From: Gemmatimonadota bacterium | GTDB taxonomy: Bacteria > Gemmatimonadota > Gemmatimonadetes > JACCXV01 > JAHWKZ01 | DNA length: 64,000 bases | Reading direction: 5' to 3' | Assembly (NCBI GenBank): GCA_035708865.1 | Contig: DASTFF010000026.1 | Location: 46,176-110,175, forward strand | In this document: piece by piece, positions 37,760 through 46,912 of the stretch | Numbering within the stretch: the first letter of the stretch is position 1 | Layout: each line of letters starts with the position of its first letter | Position numbers and translations under genes: made by a program | Notes under the pieces: generated by a model | What the model was told of the DNA's origin: nothing | The model's database searches: none | Seen by the model: only the letters and a program-made list of their open reading frames with translations

Positions 37760-39145
37760 TCAGGCCGACGCCAGCTCGCGCGCCCGGTCGAGGAGCGCCT
37801 CGGCGCGCTCCCGGTCGGGGGCTTCGGCGATGAGGCGGACGATCGGCTCGGTGCCTGACTTCCGGAGCTGGATCCACTCCCCCCGATCCGGCCAGCTGAG
37901 CCGCAAGCCGTCGGTCCGGTCGGCCACCGCGCCGTCGAAGGCCCGGGCCGCGCGCTCCAGAAGCGCATCGGGATCGGTCTGGTCCAACGACAGCTTCGCC
38001 TTGGCGATCGCGTAGCGGGGGAGCTGCGCCGCCGCCTCGGCCAGCGAGCACTCCCAGCGCGCCAGGTAGGACAGGACAAGCGCGATCGCGACCGGCGCGT
38101 CGCGGGTGTAGTGAAGAGGGCCGTAGATGACCCCGCCGTTCCCTTCCCCGCCGATCCGGCTGCCGGCCTCGATCATCCGCAGGGCCACGTGGACCTCGCC
38201 CACGGCCGTCCGCTCGACCGGGACTCCGTGCCGCTCGGCGACCCGCTCGACGACCTGGCTGGTCGACAGGTTGGTCACCAGAGGACCCGGAGCGGCTCCC
38301 TCCGCGGCCGCCCGCCCGAGGACGTAGTCGGCGGCCAGCGCCAGCGTCAGATCCTCGCCGATCGGCCGCCCCTGATCGTCGACCAGCGCCAGCCGGTCGC
38401 CGTCGGGGTCGATCGCCAGCCCGAGCTCGGCGCCGGCCTCGCGCACGCGTCCGCCGAGCTCCTGCAGATTCTCGGGCAATGGCTCCGGGTTCCGCGGAAA
38501 GCGGCCGGTCGGCTCCAGGTGCAGCCCGTCGACCCGCGCGCCGAGCGCCTCGAGGAGCGGGACCGCCGCCAGACCGCCAGCCCCGGCGCAGGCGTCGAGG
38601 ACGACCAGGGGCGCCCGCGCGCGCACTGCGTCGACGTCCACCATCGGGTCGGCCAGGATCGCCTCGACGTGGCGCTGGGTGGCGTCGGACACCCGGGAAT
38701 CCTCGCCCAGCGCGTCCCAGGCGGCGCGTGGAACCCCGTCCCGTTCGGCCAGCGAGACCACCGCCTGCGCCTCGGCGGGGGTCAGGAAGATGCCGCGCTC
38801 TCCCGCCAGCTTGAGCGCGTTCCAGGGAGCCGGGTTGTGGCTCGCGGTCACCGCGATCCCGCCGGCCGCGCCGGCGCGCTCGATCGCCAGCAGGATGGTC
38901 GGTGTGCACGCCATCCCGACATGAACGACGTCGCAGCCGACCGAGCGGAGACCGGACTCGGCCGCGGCCACGAACATGGGCCCGCTCGTCCGGGCGTCCC
39001 TCCCCAGTACGATCGCCCGTCCGCCGGTGGCTTCCCGCCGGCACGCCCCCTGGGCGGCGGCGAAGCGGCTCACGACCTCGGGTGTCAGAGACTCGCCGAC
39101 GATGCCGCGGATCCCCGAGACGCTGATGATGAGCCGGCTCGTCAC
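37760..39145 (-). CDS. phosphohexomutase (GlmM/ManB family; context suggests phosphoglucosamine mutase)
   Basis: 461 aa from GTG 39145, a GTGA overlap with the mgtE stop: ISVSGIRG, GIAVTASHNP (active-site Ser), AIDPDGDR, GGEGNGG, RKSGTEP. It lies immediately upstream of glmS. Confidence 0.8.
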   Translation of the reverse strand: MTSRLIISVSGIRGIVGESLTPEVVSRFAAAQGACRREATGGRAIVLGRDARTSGPMFVAAAESGLRSVGCDVVHVGMACTPTILLAIERAGAAGGIAVTASHNPAPWNALKLAGERGIFLTPAEAQAVVSLAERDGVPRAAWDALGEDSRVSDATQRHVEAILADPMVDVDAVRARAPLVVLDACAGAGGLAAVPLLEALGARVDGLHLEPTGRFPRNPEPLPENLQELGGRVREAGAELGLAIDPDGDRLALVDDQGRPIGEDLTLALAADYVLGRAAAEGAAPGPLVTNLSTSQVVERVAERHGVPVERTAVGEVHVALRMIEAGSRIGGEGNGGVIYGPLHYTRDAPVAIALVLSYLARWECSLAEAAAQLPRYAIAKAKLSLDQTDPDALLERAARAFDGAVADRTDGLRLSWPDRGEWIQLRKSGTEPIVRLIAEAPDRERAEALLDRARELASA

Positions 39146-40362
39146 ATCAGCCACGTCGCGAGAGCGAGAAAGATCCCCATGCTGGCCACGTCGGTGGCGG
39201 TGGTGAGGAAGATGCTCGAGGCCGTGGCCGGATCGGCACCCACGCGCTTCAGGGCCAGCGGCACGAACGCGCCGAAGACGCCGCTGATCACGCAGCTGGA
39301 GGTCATGGCGAAAAAGACGATCAGGCCGAGGAGCCACGCCTGCGGGTTCTCCTGAGAGTTCGAGTAGAGGTACATGCCGACCCCGGCCGTTACCCCCACG
39401 AGCCCGCCGTTGAGGAACCCGAGGAACCCTTCCTTGACCAGCAGCAGCTTCTCGCGACCCGGCTTCAGCTCCCCCAGGGTCATTCCCCGCAGCGCCACCG
39501 CGAGCGCCTGGCATCCCGTGTTGCCGGACTGCCCCGCCAGCACGGGGAGGAAGACCGCCAACACGACGATTCGGTCGATCGTGTCCTGAAAGACCCCCAC
39601 GACGGCCGCGGCGACGAACGCGGTCACCAGGTTCAGCTGGAGCCAGGGATGGCGGAACTTGAGGCTCCGGGGCCAGGGGGTCGAGAGACGCTCCTCCTTC
39701 TCGACGCCGACCATGCTCCCGGCCTGGGCGCTGATCTCTATCGCCTGAGCCTCGAACATGGTCTGCCCCCTGACGAGGCCGACCAGGCGCCCGTCCGGCT
39801 CGCAGACCGGGTAGACCGGAAAATGCCGGTTCAGCACCGAGCGCATCGCGTCGGTGAGCGTCATGTCGGGCGTCAGGTAGAACGGATCGCGCAGCATGAT
39901 CTCCTGGAGCCGCTGCGATCGCTGGCCAAGGAGCATCTCGCGCATCACGACGACCCCGATCAGGCGGCCGTCGCGGTCGGTGACAAAGAGGTAGGTGACG
40001 AAGGCGCGCTTCACGAGCGTCCGCAGCTCGTCCACGGCCTCCCCGATGGTGGTGTCGGGACCGAACACCGCCACCGGCGGATCCATCAGGCTTCCGATCG
40101 TGTTCCCGGCGTGCAGCAGGTTCCGGCGCCAGGTGGGGCGGACCGCGGGCGGCGCCGCCTCCAGAACGGCCGAGCGCCGCGCCTCCGGAAGCGCTTTCAG
40201 GAGCGCCCACCGGACGGACGGGTTCACCCGCTCGATGGCGCTGGCCACGGCCTCCGCGGGGTACGGCTCCAGATACCTGGCGGCCTCGGCAGGCCCCCGG
40301 CGCACGATCTCCAGAGCGAGGCCCTCGATCGGGATGGCTGGCGCTTGAGCTGCGGTCGTCAT
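39142..40362 (-). CDS. mgtE: magnesium transporter MgtE
   Basis: N-domain, CBS pair (LFVTDRDGRLIGVV, VCEPDGRLVGLV) and TM domain (FLPVLAGQSGNTGCQA, TTATDVASMGIF). Start is ATG 40362 or the upstream start at 40425. Confidence 0.85.
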   Translation of the reverse strand: MTTAAQAPAIPIEGLALEIVRRGPAEAARYLEPYPAEAVASAIERVNPSVRWALLKALPEARRSAVLEAAPPAVRPTWRRNLLHAGNTIGSLMDPPVAVFGPDTTIGEAVDELRTLVKRAFVTYLFVTDRDGRLIGVVVMREMLLGQRSQRLQEIMLRDPFYLTPDMTLTDAMRSVLNRHFPVYPVCEPDGRLVGLVRGQTMFEAQAIEISAQAGSMVGVEKEERLSTPWPRSLKFRHPWLQLNLVTAFVAAAVVGVFQDTIDRIVVLAVFLPVLAGQSGNTGCQALAVALRGMTLGELKPGREKLLLVKEGFLGFLNGGLVGVTAGVGMYLYSNSQENPQAWLLGLIVFFAMTSSCVISGVFGAFVPLALKRVGADPATASSIFLTTATDVASMGIFLALATWLM

Positions 40363-40616
40363 GCTCCTCGGCTCCTGTCTGGGGTCCCGCCGATCGACCC
40401 GAGGCGACTCGGAGTGGTCGACCACGAAAGATCGCGCTGGTTACGCGCGGGCCCTAAATGCGCTGCCGCACGCCAAAAATCAACATCCGCCCCGCGCCGG
40501 TGGCCCCTCACACCCCCCGTGGGCCCCAACCCGACCCGGAGTTTGATCTGCGAACCGCCGTCGTGCTACCCTGAACGTCCCCCTCCCGAGGACTGTGTGG
40601 TTGAGAGGAGGGTTCC

Positions 40617-41165
40617 ATGAATCGCGTATTCCTTTCCGCGATCACGCTCACCGTTCTGCTGGCCTGCACCGAAAGCGAAGCTCCGCTGGACTCGACCGCC
40701 GAGCTCGTGCTCTCCGGGCCCGGTCCCGTCGCCAACTTCGTGACCCCGCTCAAGGGTCGGGAGGAGGTTCCCCCCGTAGAGACCAGGGCGACCGGGCTGG
40801 CGAAGTTCAAGCTGAGCAAGGACGGCACGAGCCTGGGCTACAAGCTCATCGCTTCCCACATCGAGGGCGTCACCCAGGCGCACATCCACTGCGGGGCTCC
40901 CGGCGTCAACGGCCCGGTGGTGATCTTCCTGTTCGGCTTCGACCCGGCGGGCGTCGATTCCAACGGCATCCTGGCGCAGGGGACGTTGACCCCCGCCGGC
41001 CTGATCCCGCGTCCGGATTCGCCCGAATGCCCGGGCGGGATCGCCGATTTCGAGGACCTGATCGAGCGCATGAGGAGCGGCGGCACCTACGCGAACGTTC
41101 ACACGCTCGCCAACCCGGGTGGCGAGATCCGGGGGCACATCGATCACGGCAACGGGGTCGAGTGA
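40617..41165 (+). CDS. CHRD-domain lipoprotein
   Basis: 182 aa. Lipobox LTVLLAC|TE. AHIHCGAPGVNGPVV and YANVHTLANPGGEIRGHI are CHRD motifs. GAGAGGAGGG lies upstream of the ATG. Confidence 0.75.
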   Translation: MNRVFLSAITLTVLLACTESEAPLDSTAELVLSGPGPVANFVTPLKGREEVPPVETRATGLAKFKLSKDGTSLGYKLIASHIEGVTQAHIHCGAPGVNGPVVIFLFGFDPAGVDSNGILAQGTLTPAGLIPRPDSPECPGGIADFEDLIERMRSGGTYANVHTLANPGGEIRGHIDHGNGVE

Positions 41166-41422
41166 GGCTTAAACGGACAGCGATGCGCTTCGCCGCGGCC
41201 GCCGGACGATCGGCGCGAGCGGAGGCCGACTGATGCAACGGTCGCGGGCGCCACCGCTTTCATTTCGAGTGGCAGATACGCAAAGAGGAGAGGGCGGGAC
41301 GGCCGTCGAAACCTCCGGGCAGCGTCTTCACGATCAAAACAACTGAGAACCAGGGCACGACGGCTTCAACCCATGTGAAGTCGCACTTGAAGCAAGTTTG
41401 CACGCCATGCAGAATCGTGGGC

Positions 41423-41725
41423 ATGCGGAGCGTACTGATCTCGGGTGCGGGGATCGCTGGTGCAACCCTAACGCATTGGCTGCTGCGGTTCGGCTTCAAG
41501 GCGACTGTCGTGGAGCAGGCGAAGGGGCAGCGGTCGAGCGGCAATGTGGTCGACATTCGCGGGCCGGCGTTACCGATCGTTCGATCGATGGGCCTGCTGG
41601 CGGAACTCCGAAAGCTCGCAACCCGCGCGACCGGCGCCGAGATCGTCGATGCTTCCGGCGCCAGGATCGCCGGCATGCAGGGGATCGCGATCCGAAATCG
41701 CCTGCTCAAGCTCACTCGACGGTGA
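41423..41725 (+). pseudogene. 5' fragment of an FAD-dependent monooxygenase gene
   Basis: MRSVLISGAGIAGATLTHWLLRFGFKATVVEQA...VDIRGPALPIVRSMGLL is the N-terminal Rossmann part of ~390-aa flavin monooxygenases. The ORF ends after ~100 aa, 45 nt from the tRNA-Thr 3' end. Upstream GC is lower. Confidence 0.55.
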
Positions 41726-41770
41726 TCAACTCCCACTGCTCGGAAGTTCCCAGCTGGCTTGAGCTTACCA

Positions 41771-41846
41771 TGGAGCCACCGCGCGGACTCGAACCGCGGA
41801 CCTGCTCATTACGAGTGAGCTGCTCTACCATCTGAGCTACGGTGGC
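41771..41846 (-). tRNA. tRNA-Thr (anticodon CGT)
   Basis: 76 nt. Hand-folded cloverleaf: acceptor GCCACCG/CGGTGGC, D arm GCTC-AGATGGTA-GAGC, anticodon arm GCTCA-CTCGTAA-TGAGC, T arm CGCGG-TTCGAGT-CCGCG, encoded CCA. Confidence 0.9.
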
Positions 41847-41903
41847 TCGGGCGGGATGCGGGCCCCCGGCGGATCGACGGGAAACGAACGCGCCACGCGA
41901 ATG

Positions 41904-41979
41904 TGGTGCCTGGGGACGGAATTGAACCGCCGACACCGTGATTTTCAGTCACGTGCTCTACCAACTGAGCTACCCAGGC
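41904..41979 (-). tRNA. tRNA-Phe (anticodon GAA)
   Basis: 76 nt: acceptor GCCTGGG/CCCAGGC, D arm GCTC-AGTTGGTA-GAGC, anticodon arm CGTGA-CTGAAAA-TCACG, T arm GGCGG-TTCAATT-CCGTC, encoded CCA. Confidence 0.9.
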
Positions 41980-41993
41980 GGAAAGCGAGGGAA

Positions 41994-42022
41994 AAAGTAC
42001 GGCCGCACCACGGGGCCGTCAA
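41994..42022 (-). promoter_or_regulatory. sigma70-like promoter of the tRNA-Phe/tRNA-Thr pair (TTGACG-N17-TACTTT)
   Basis: Minus strand reads TTGACG gccccgtggtgcggccg TACTTT. The -10 element ends 14 nt before the tRNA-Phe 5' end. Confidence 0.55.
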
Positions 42023-42069
42023 CGCGAGCCCGGGGGCACGGGCCACAACGAGCTCTACTCGACCCACTC

Positions 42070-43260
42070 CTAGCGTCCGGCGACCTCCCGGAAGATCCCT
42101 CGCATGCGCTCCACGTGATTCTCCATGCTGTGCCGTTCGGTCACGCGCTGGACCGCGTGGTTGGGCAGGACGTGACTCCGGAAGGCGCGTCGTCTGGCGA
42201 TGTCCAGCATCCGACCGGCGAGCGCTTCCTCGTCGCCGTTCGGGACCAGGAACCCGCTGACCCCATGCTCTACTGTCTCCCCGAACCCCCCCTTCTCGCT
42301 CGCCACGACCGGAACGCCGCGCACCATCGCTTCGAGAGCCACGAAACCCAACGGCTCGGCCCATAGCGAGGGCGCGACGAGCACCCAGGCGGCCGCGAGC
42401 TCCCGCTCCACCTCGGTAGGGTCTTGCCAGCCCGTCCACCGCACCGAATCCTGAAGCGCCAGCGCGCCGGTCATACGCTCTAGAACAGCCCTCTGGGAGC
42501 CATCACCGACGATCCTGAGCCGCGCGGAGGGGACTTCGACCCGCACCCGAGCGAAGGCGCGCAAGAGTCCGGGAACGCCCTTCTGGACCTCGAGGCGCCC
42601 CACGAACAAGAAGAGCGGCTCCCGCGCCGGCGCTCGGCTGAAGCCGATCGCCGGACGCGGGATCGGCAACGTCACCCACTCCGAGAGAATCCCGGCGCTC
42701 GCCAGCTCGCGCTGCATCCAGCGACTGCAGGCGAGCACCCGATCGACCGCATCGAGCCCCGTCCGGAGGAGCGCGTAACGCGGCCGGTCCCGGATCCAGT
42801 GCGGCAGGCTCACACACCCTCCACGACAGCACACCCATCCCGCCTGAACGAGGCAGATGGAGCCGTCGGGAAGAAGCTTTTTCGCGATCGGGCAGATGCA
42901 CTTGTAGTCCGTCACCCCGAGCACGGTGGGAACACCGCGCAGGACATGCAGGATCGCGGGCGATAGCTGATGCTCGAAGAGGTTCACGAAGACGACGTCC
43001 GGGACGAAGTCCCGGAGTGCCGATCGGATGCTGCCCACCGCGAAGGGGTTGACGATCTGCAGGAACGCCTGGACGGGTCGGCGCTCGGTGCCGAACGCCA
43101 CGTAGTCGGCCTTTCCATCTCCGGCGAAATCCCGGCCGGCGCTGCTGGTCAGCAGGCGAACCTCGTCGCCCGCCGAGAGCAACCCGTTGCGCAGCCAAGC
43201 GACGTAGCCCTCCGACCCTCGGTGGCGGGGGTACCAGTCGGTCACGAGGAGGACCCGCAT
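42070..43260 (-). CDS. glycosyltransferase family 4 (GT-B)
   Basis: 396 aa: MRVLLVTDWYP, FVGRLEVQKGV, APSLWAEPLGFVALEAM, and E-x7-E-like GFGETVEHGVSGFLV. Confidence 0.8.
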   Translation of the reverse strand: MRVLLVTDWYPRHRGSEGYVAWLRNGLLSAGDEVRLLTSSAGRDFAGDGKADYVAFGTERRPVQAFLQIVNPFAVGSIRSALRDFVPDVVFVNLFEHQLSPAILHVLRGVPTVLGVTDYKCICPIAKKLLPDGSICLVQAGWVCCRGGCVSLPHWIRDRPRYALLRTGLDAVDRVLACSRWMQRELASAGILSEWVTLPIPRPAIGFSRAPAREPLFLFVGRLEVQKGVPGLLRAFARVRVEVPSARLRIVGDGSQRAVLERMTGALALQDSVRWTGWQDPTEVERELAAAWVLVAPSLWAEPLGFVALEAMVRGVPVVASEKGGFGETVEHGVSGFLVPNGDEEALAGRMLDIARRRAFRSHVLPNHAVQRVTERHSMENHVERMRGIFREVAGR

Positions 43261-43265
43261 CGCAG

Positions 43266-44204
43266 CTATCGATCAGTCTTGATCGCCGTGTCGGCCAGCC
43301 TGCGAACCTCGAGCACGTCGTAGCGCGCTCGCGCGGTGGATCCCTCGCCGCGGGCGTAGCCGAGCATCTCGCCCGCGGCCTCGATGACGCTGCCCAGAAC
43401 GAAGACCGGGAGAGTGGCGGCGGGCGGTCGCTGTCGGCGGATCGTCCGCGAGATCCCGCTGCGGTAGCGTGCCAGCAGCACGATCGGGATCAGGGGCGAG
43501 CCCAGGGCGTACGCCAGGCGGCGCGGCCAGGGCCAGCGCGCGCTCCGCCCCCCCGCGACCACTCGACCGGCCAGGAGCCGCTGGCGGAGCAGAGGGAAGA
43601 GAAAGGAGATGTTCGCATGATCGATCCCCGCCGCCGGCTCGAACCAGATGCGGCAGCCGGCCGCCCGGAGTTCGCTCGCCATGTCCTCGCCCTCTGTCAG
43701 GGCGCGTCCAAGACGATCGCCGAGCTCCAGGAGGAAGGATCTGCGGTAGGAGACGTTGAAGAGGGGCGCCCCCTCGATCTCGCCCGGGGGAACCCCGTCG
43801 GTCCAGGCGGCATAGCCGGCCAGGAACCCGGCCCAGCTCGGCGCGCCGTCCGGATTGGCGTTGTAGAAGGCGGGCACGATCACCCCCCACCCCGCGGAGT
43901 GCGCGTCCATCAGCGCCTGCACCATCCCGGGATGCGGGAACGAGTGGGTCTCGCCGATAAAGACGAGGGGCGCGGTCGCCTCCCTCACGCCCCTAGCGCG
44001 GGCCTGCCCCAGTGGAATCACGGACTGAACCTCGACGAGGCGATAGCCGGCGAACTCCCGCAGATCCGCGGCTTCCACAGCGCCGGCCTCTCCGGCCGGC
44101 AGGACGAGCACGATCTCGAGCTCGCTCCTTGCCGTCTGCCCCTTCAGGCGCCGGATGACCGGAAGGATCGTCGTCCAGCTGTCCGCGGCGAAGACCCCCG
44201 ACAT
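43266..44204 (-). CDS. GT2-like glycosyltransferase (second half of the 697-aa track ORF)
   Basis: From ATG 44204: MSGVFAADSWTTILPVIRRLKGQTARSELEIVLVLP..., FNVSYRRSFLLELG, and a C-terminal membrane-like segment. Good GC3 throughout. An independent start is inferred from the frame analysis in findings. Confidence 0.6.
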   Translation of the reverse strand: MSGVFAADSWTTILPVIRRLKGQTARSELEIVLVLPAGEAGAVEAADLREFAGYRLVEVQSVIPLGQARARGVREATAPLVFIGETHSFPHPGMVQALMDAHSAGWGVIVPAFYNANPDGAPSWAGFLAGYAAWTDGVPPGEIEGAPLFNVSYRRSFLLELGDRLGRALTEGEDMASELRAAGCRIWFEPAAGIDHANISFLFPLLRQRLLAGRVVAGGRSARWPWPRRLAYALGSPLIPIVLLARYRSGISRTIRRQRPPAATLPVFVLGSVIEAAGEMLGYARGEGSTARARYDVLEVRRLADTAIKTDR

Positions 44205-44221
44205 TCTGGGGGGGACGACCT

Positions 44222-45359
44222 CTATCGCCTCGCTCCTGGCACCCGTGCGGCGCGTTTGATGTTGTCGCGGCGAACCCGGACGAGTATCCCGAACCGGTCT
44301 CCGCCGGCGATCCCATCCGTGGCGGTCACGTTGATCCTCACGTCTCCCAGCTTCTCGAAGATCCGGGCCACCGTCCCGACACGGTGCCCGCGAGTCCTCG
44401 GGATGCGCGCTATGGCCTGGCCGGTAGCGTTCGCGTGTCAGCCTCCTCGTGAGCTGCATGCGCCACCGTTCCGCAGGTCGCAGGTAGCGTCTCCATCGTG
44501 AGCCCGCATAGAGGCCGAGGGCCCGGCTCCGGATCGTGCTTTCCGGCCTCCATCCGCTCCAGGCCGTCATGTCCAGATAACGGAAGTATGATTCGCAGTG
44601 GGGATGCGTGGTTTCATATCTCCACGGTTTTAGACCGCCCGTGAAGTGGATGATCCACTCTTCTCCGGCCGTCGACGCGCTCGCGCTCCGGTTCCAGCGC
44701 GGGTCCAGGTCGCCCCAGCGGCCGGCCAGGATGGCGTTCAATCCCTCCTGATCCCAGAAGAACACGTCCTTCTCATGCGCTTTCAAGTATGCGATCGTGC
44801 GAGGCACGACCCGTTCCCTGCGCCACGAGTCGAGGTCCACCATCATGACTCCGGCGTTGAAGTATCTAGCGTCCGGCGGTATGGCGAGATCCCGGAACCC
44901 GGCGACTCCGAATCGTGACGATACGAGGGGCACGATCGCGTCCTGGGCGGCCAGCACGGGATGGCCGTTCAGAGGCAGGTCCCAGAGCTCTCCTAGGTCC
45001 CGGTTCACGATCAGGTCGCAATCCAGCCAGATCGCCTTCCAGATCGAGTCAGGCAGCAGTTTCGGCAAGGCGAGCTTGTAGTACGTGGTGACGGGCATCC
45101 TGCCCCACAACGGAAGATCCTCGAACTCGTGGGGGCGGGGCCTCAGCCACGTCACCCTGGCGCGACGTTCCCACCGCGACACGACCCGGTTCTGGTCGGC
45201 CTCCCCGATTCCATTATGGAGGATGAAAACGACCGGGGTTCGATCGGACCCCATGTGGCTCAGAGCCGACTGGAGCATGACCGCCAGTGGACGGATGAAC
45301 CGGTCGTCCGCGGCGCAGGCGATCACGACGTTCTGGATCCCCACGGGCTCTTCCTTCAA
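44222..45359 (-). CDS. glycosyltransferase family 8; 3' end unresolved (possible frameshift)
   Basis: The TTG start overlaps the P450 stop as TTGA. IACAADDRFIRPLAVMLQS, WLDCDLIV (DxD), YFNAGVMMVDL, DQEGLN. No in-frame stop occurs before the next gene. Coding signal appears to move to the +1 frame, which ends at TAG 44224-44222. Confidence 0.65.
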
Positions 45360-46858
45360 CCCCGGGCGGCCGATCGCCGAGCGGTGTGCTCCATGGGCTC
45401 GTCGCCGGACGGCCGGGGAACCAGGTGCACCCGAAAGCGCGCGCTGGGGCGCCAGTGGAAACCACTGAACTCCGGCGGCCCGTCGTCCACGACCTCCAGG
45501 TCATAGCCGCTCGCCACCGCGACCACGACCTGTCTGGCGATCGCCCGCGAGAGGTGCTCGCCGGGGCATAGACGACGGTAAACCCCGAACGGTGAGTAGC
45601 GTGTCCGATCAGGTGGATCGAGGAAACGGCTGGGATCGAAGCGCTCCGGATCGTCGAACGCGTCGTGGCTCCTGTGGCTCTCCTGCACGCAGACGCGAAC
45701 AAACCATCCCGCCGGAATGTCAAACCCTTCCCACCGGATCGGCCGCTTCACCCGCCGGAGGAGAAACTCGCTCTGGTGGAGGCGCAGCGTCTCACGAACG
45801 ATGCGATCCGCCAGACCGTCCGGTCGGCCAACCTCCACGGCGTTCCGGCTGGCCTCCTCCGCCAGCCGCGTCATCCAGTCGGGATGCTCACCCGCTTGTT
45901 TGAGCAGCCACATCAGCAGGCCGTTCACGTCGAGCCGCGCGGTCTGGAGGGTGTAGACGAAGTTGCCCATCACCTCGTCGTCCGCGAGGAGCTCCGGGTG
46001 AAGGCGCGTCAGCTCGGAGAGGAAGGACGGACGGGAGCCGGCGGCGAGCCCGACCGCGAGCTCGCGGACCTGGCGCACGATCTCGAAAACGGCCGCCGCG
46101 GCACGAGCCCGTCCGACCCGGGCCAGGTGGCGGTAGTCCGCGATCCCGTACTCGGCCTCCAGTCGCTCCAGCAGCGGTCCCGGCGAGATCCCGTAAAAGG
46201 TGAGCATCATGACGTGGAACACCATGCCGTCCAGCACGGGCACAGGATCGACGCCGCCATCCGTCCCCCGGGCCAGCCTTGCCACCGCGCTCCTGGTCTC
46301 GGCGGCCAATTCCGGCCGGAACGCCTCGACGACGTTCGGTGACATCGCGTCCCGCAGGACAGAAGCGACGTCCCGATGCTGGCCCGCCTCGAGGTACCGC
46401 ACGAACCCGCCGGGCACGAGGCTGTTGAACGGCGCCGGCGGGACGAACAGGCTCCCGGCCTGGGTACGCAGGAAATCGGCGGCGCGCTCGAGCCCGACGA
46501 TACCCACCGCCGGGAACACGAAGTGCCGGAACTTGAAGACAGGCCCGTGCCGGGCCGCCTGCGTGGCGAAGTACGTGGGATCCCGCCACGGAGAGAGGGG
46601 CGCCATGGCAAGCGATCCGGGCGCCAAGCCGCGTCTCCTCCCATGTCGGGGACGCGCCTGCCACCGCTCCGCCACAACCACGAGCGCGGCGATCGCCGCA
46701 GCCGCACGCAGCCATATCGGTTCCACGAGCGCGATCACCGCCACGAGGGCTGCGTAGACCGCGAGCGATCCCGTGAGAATCGCCTGCATTCGCGGGAAGG
46801 CCCGAAACCTCCGCCGGACTCCCGGCTCGACGGCCAGCCTGAGGAAGGGCCACACCAC
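45356..46858 (-). CDS. cytochrome P450, membrane-anchored
   Basis: Heme-thiolate loop FGVYRRLCPGEHL and ETLRL (ExxR). The N-terminus has two hydrophobic helices. An alternative ATG at 46789 gives MQAILTG. Confidence 0.8.
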   Translation of the reverse strand: MVWPFLRLAVEPGVRRRFRAFPRMQAILTGSLAVYAALVAVIALVEPIWLRAAAAIAALVVVAERWQARPRHGRRRGLAPGSLAMAPLSPWRDPTYFATQAARHGPVFKFRHFVFPAVGIVGLERAADFLRTQAGSLFVPPAPFNSLVPGGFVRYLEAGQHRDVASVLRDAMSPNVVEAFRPELAAETRSAVARLARGTDGGVDPVPVLDGMVFHVMMLTFYGISPGPLLERLEAEYGIADYRHLARVGRARAAAAVFEIVRQVRELAVGLAAGSRPSFLSELTRLHPELLADDEVMGNFVYTLQTARLDVNGLLMWLLKQAGEHPDWMTRLAEEASRNAVEVGRPDGLADRIVRETLRLHQSEFLLRRVKRPIRWEGFDIPAGWFVRVCVQESHRSHDAFDDPERFDPSRFLDPPDRTRYSPFGVYRRLCPGEHLSRAIARQVVVAVASGYDLEVVDDGPPEFSGFHWRPSARFRVHLVPRPSGDEPMEHTARRSAARG

Positions 46859-46912
46859 CGCCCCGAGCAGCAGGATCTCCAGGGCGCGCTCGAGGGCGGG
46901 GATGAAACCCTC

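Noticed and set aside
41166-41770. Direct repeat of the tRNA-Thr 3' half (att site) delimiting an island.
   Set aside because: By eye I found only a 9-nt match (GCCACCGC, near 41250). That is too short to support an att site, so only the gene remnant and the GC dip are reported.
44208-44214. G7 homopolymer just upstream of the GT2-like start as a phase-variation tract.
   Set aside because: A 7-nt G run is not unusual at about 70% GC. It lies outside the coding sequence, and there is no evidence of length polymorphism from a single sequence.
44425-44440. The TGA that closes the +1 frame in the GT8 linker as a second selenocysteine codon.
   Set aside because: Sequence upstream of that TGA in the +1 frame (SASMRAHDGDATCDLRNGGACSSRGG) has poor GC3 and no coding character. 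There is no CxxU context and no downstream hairpin.
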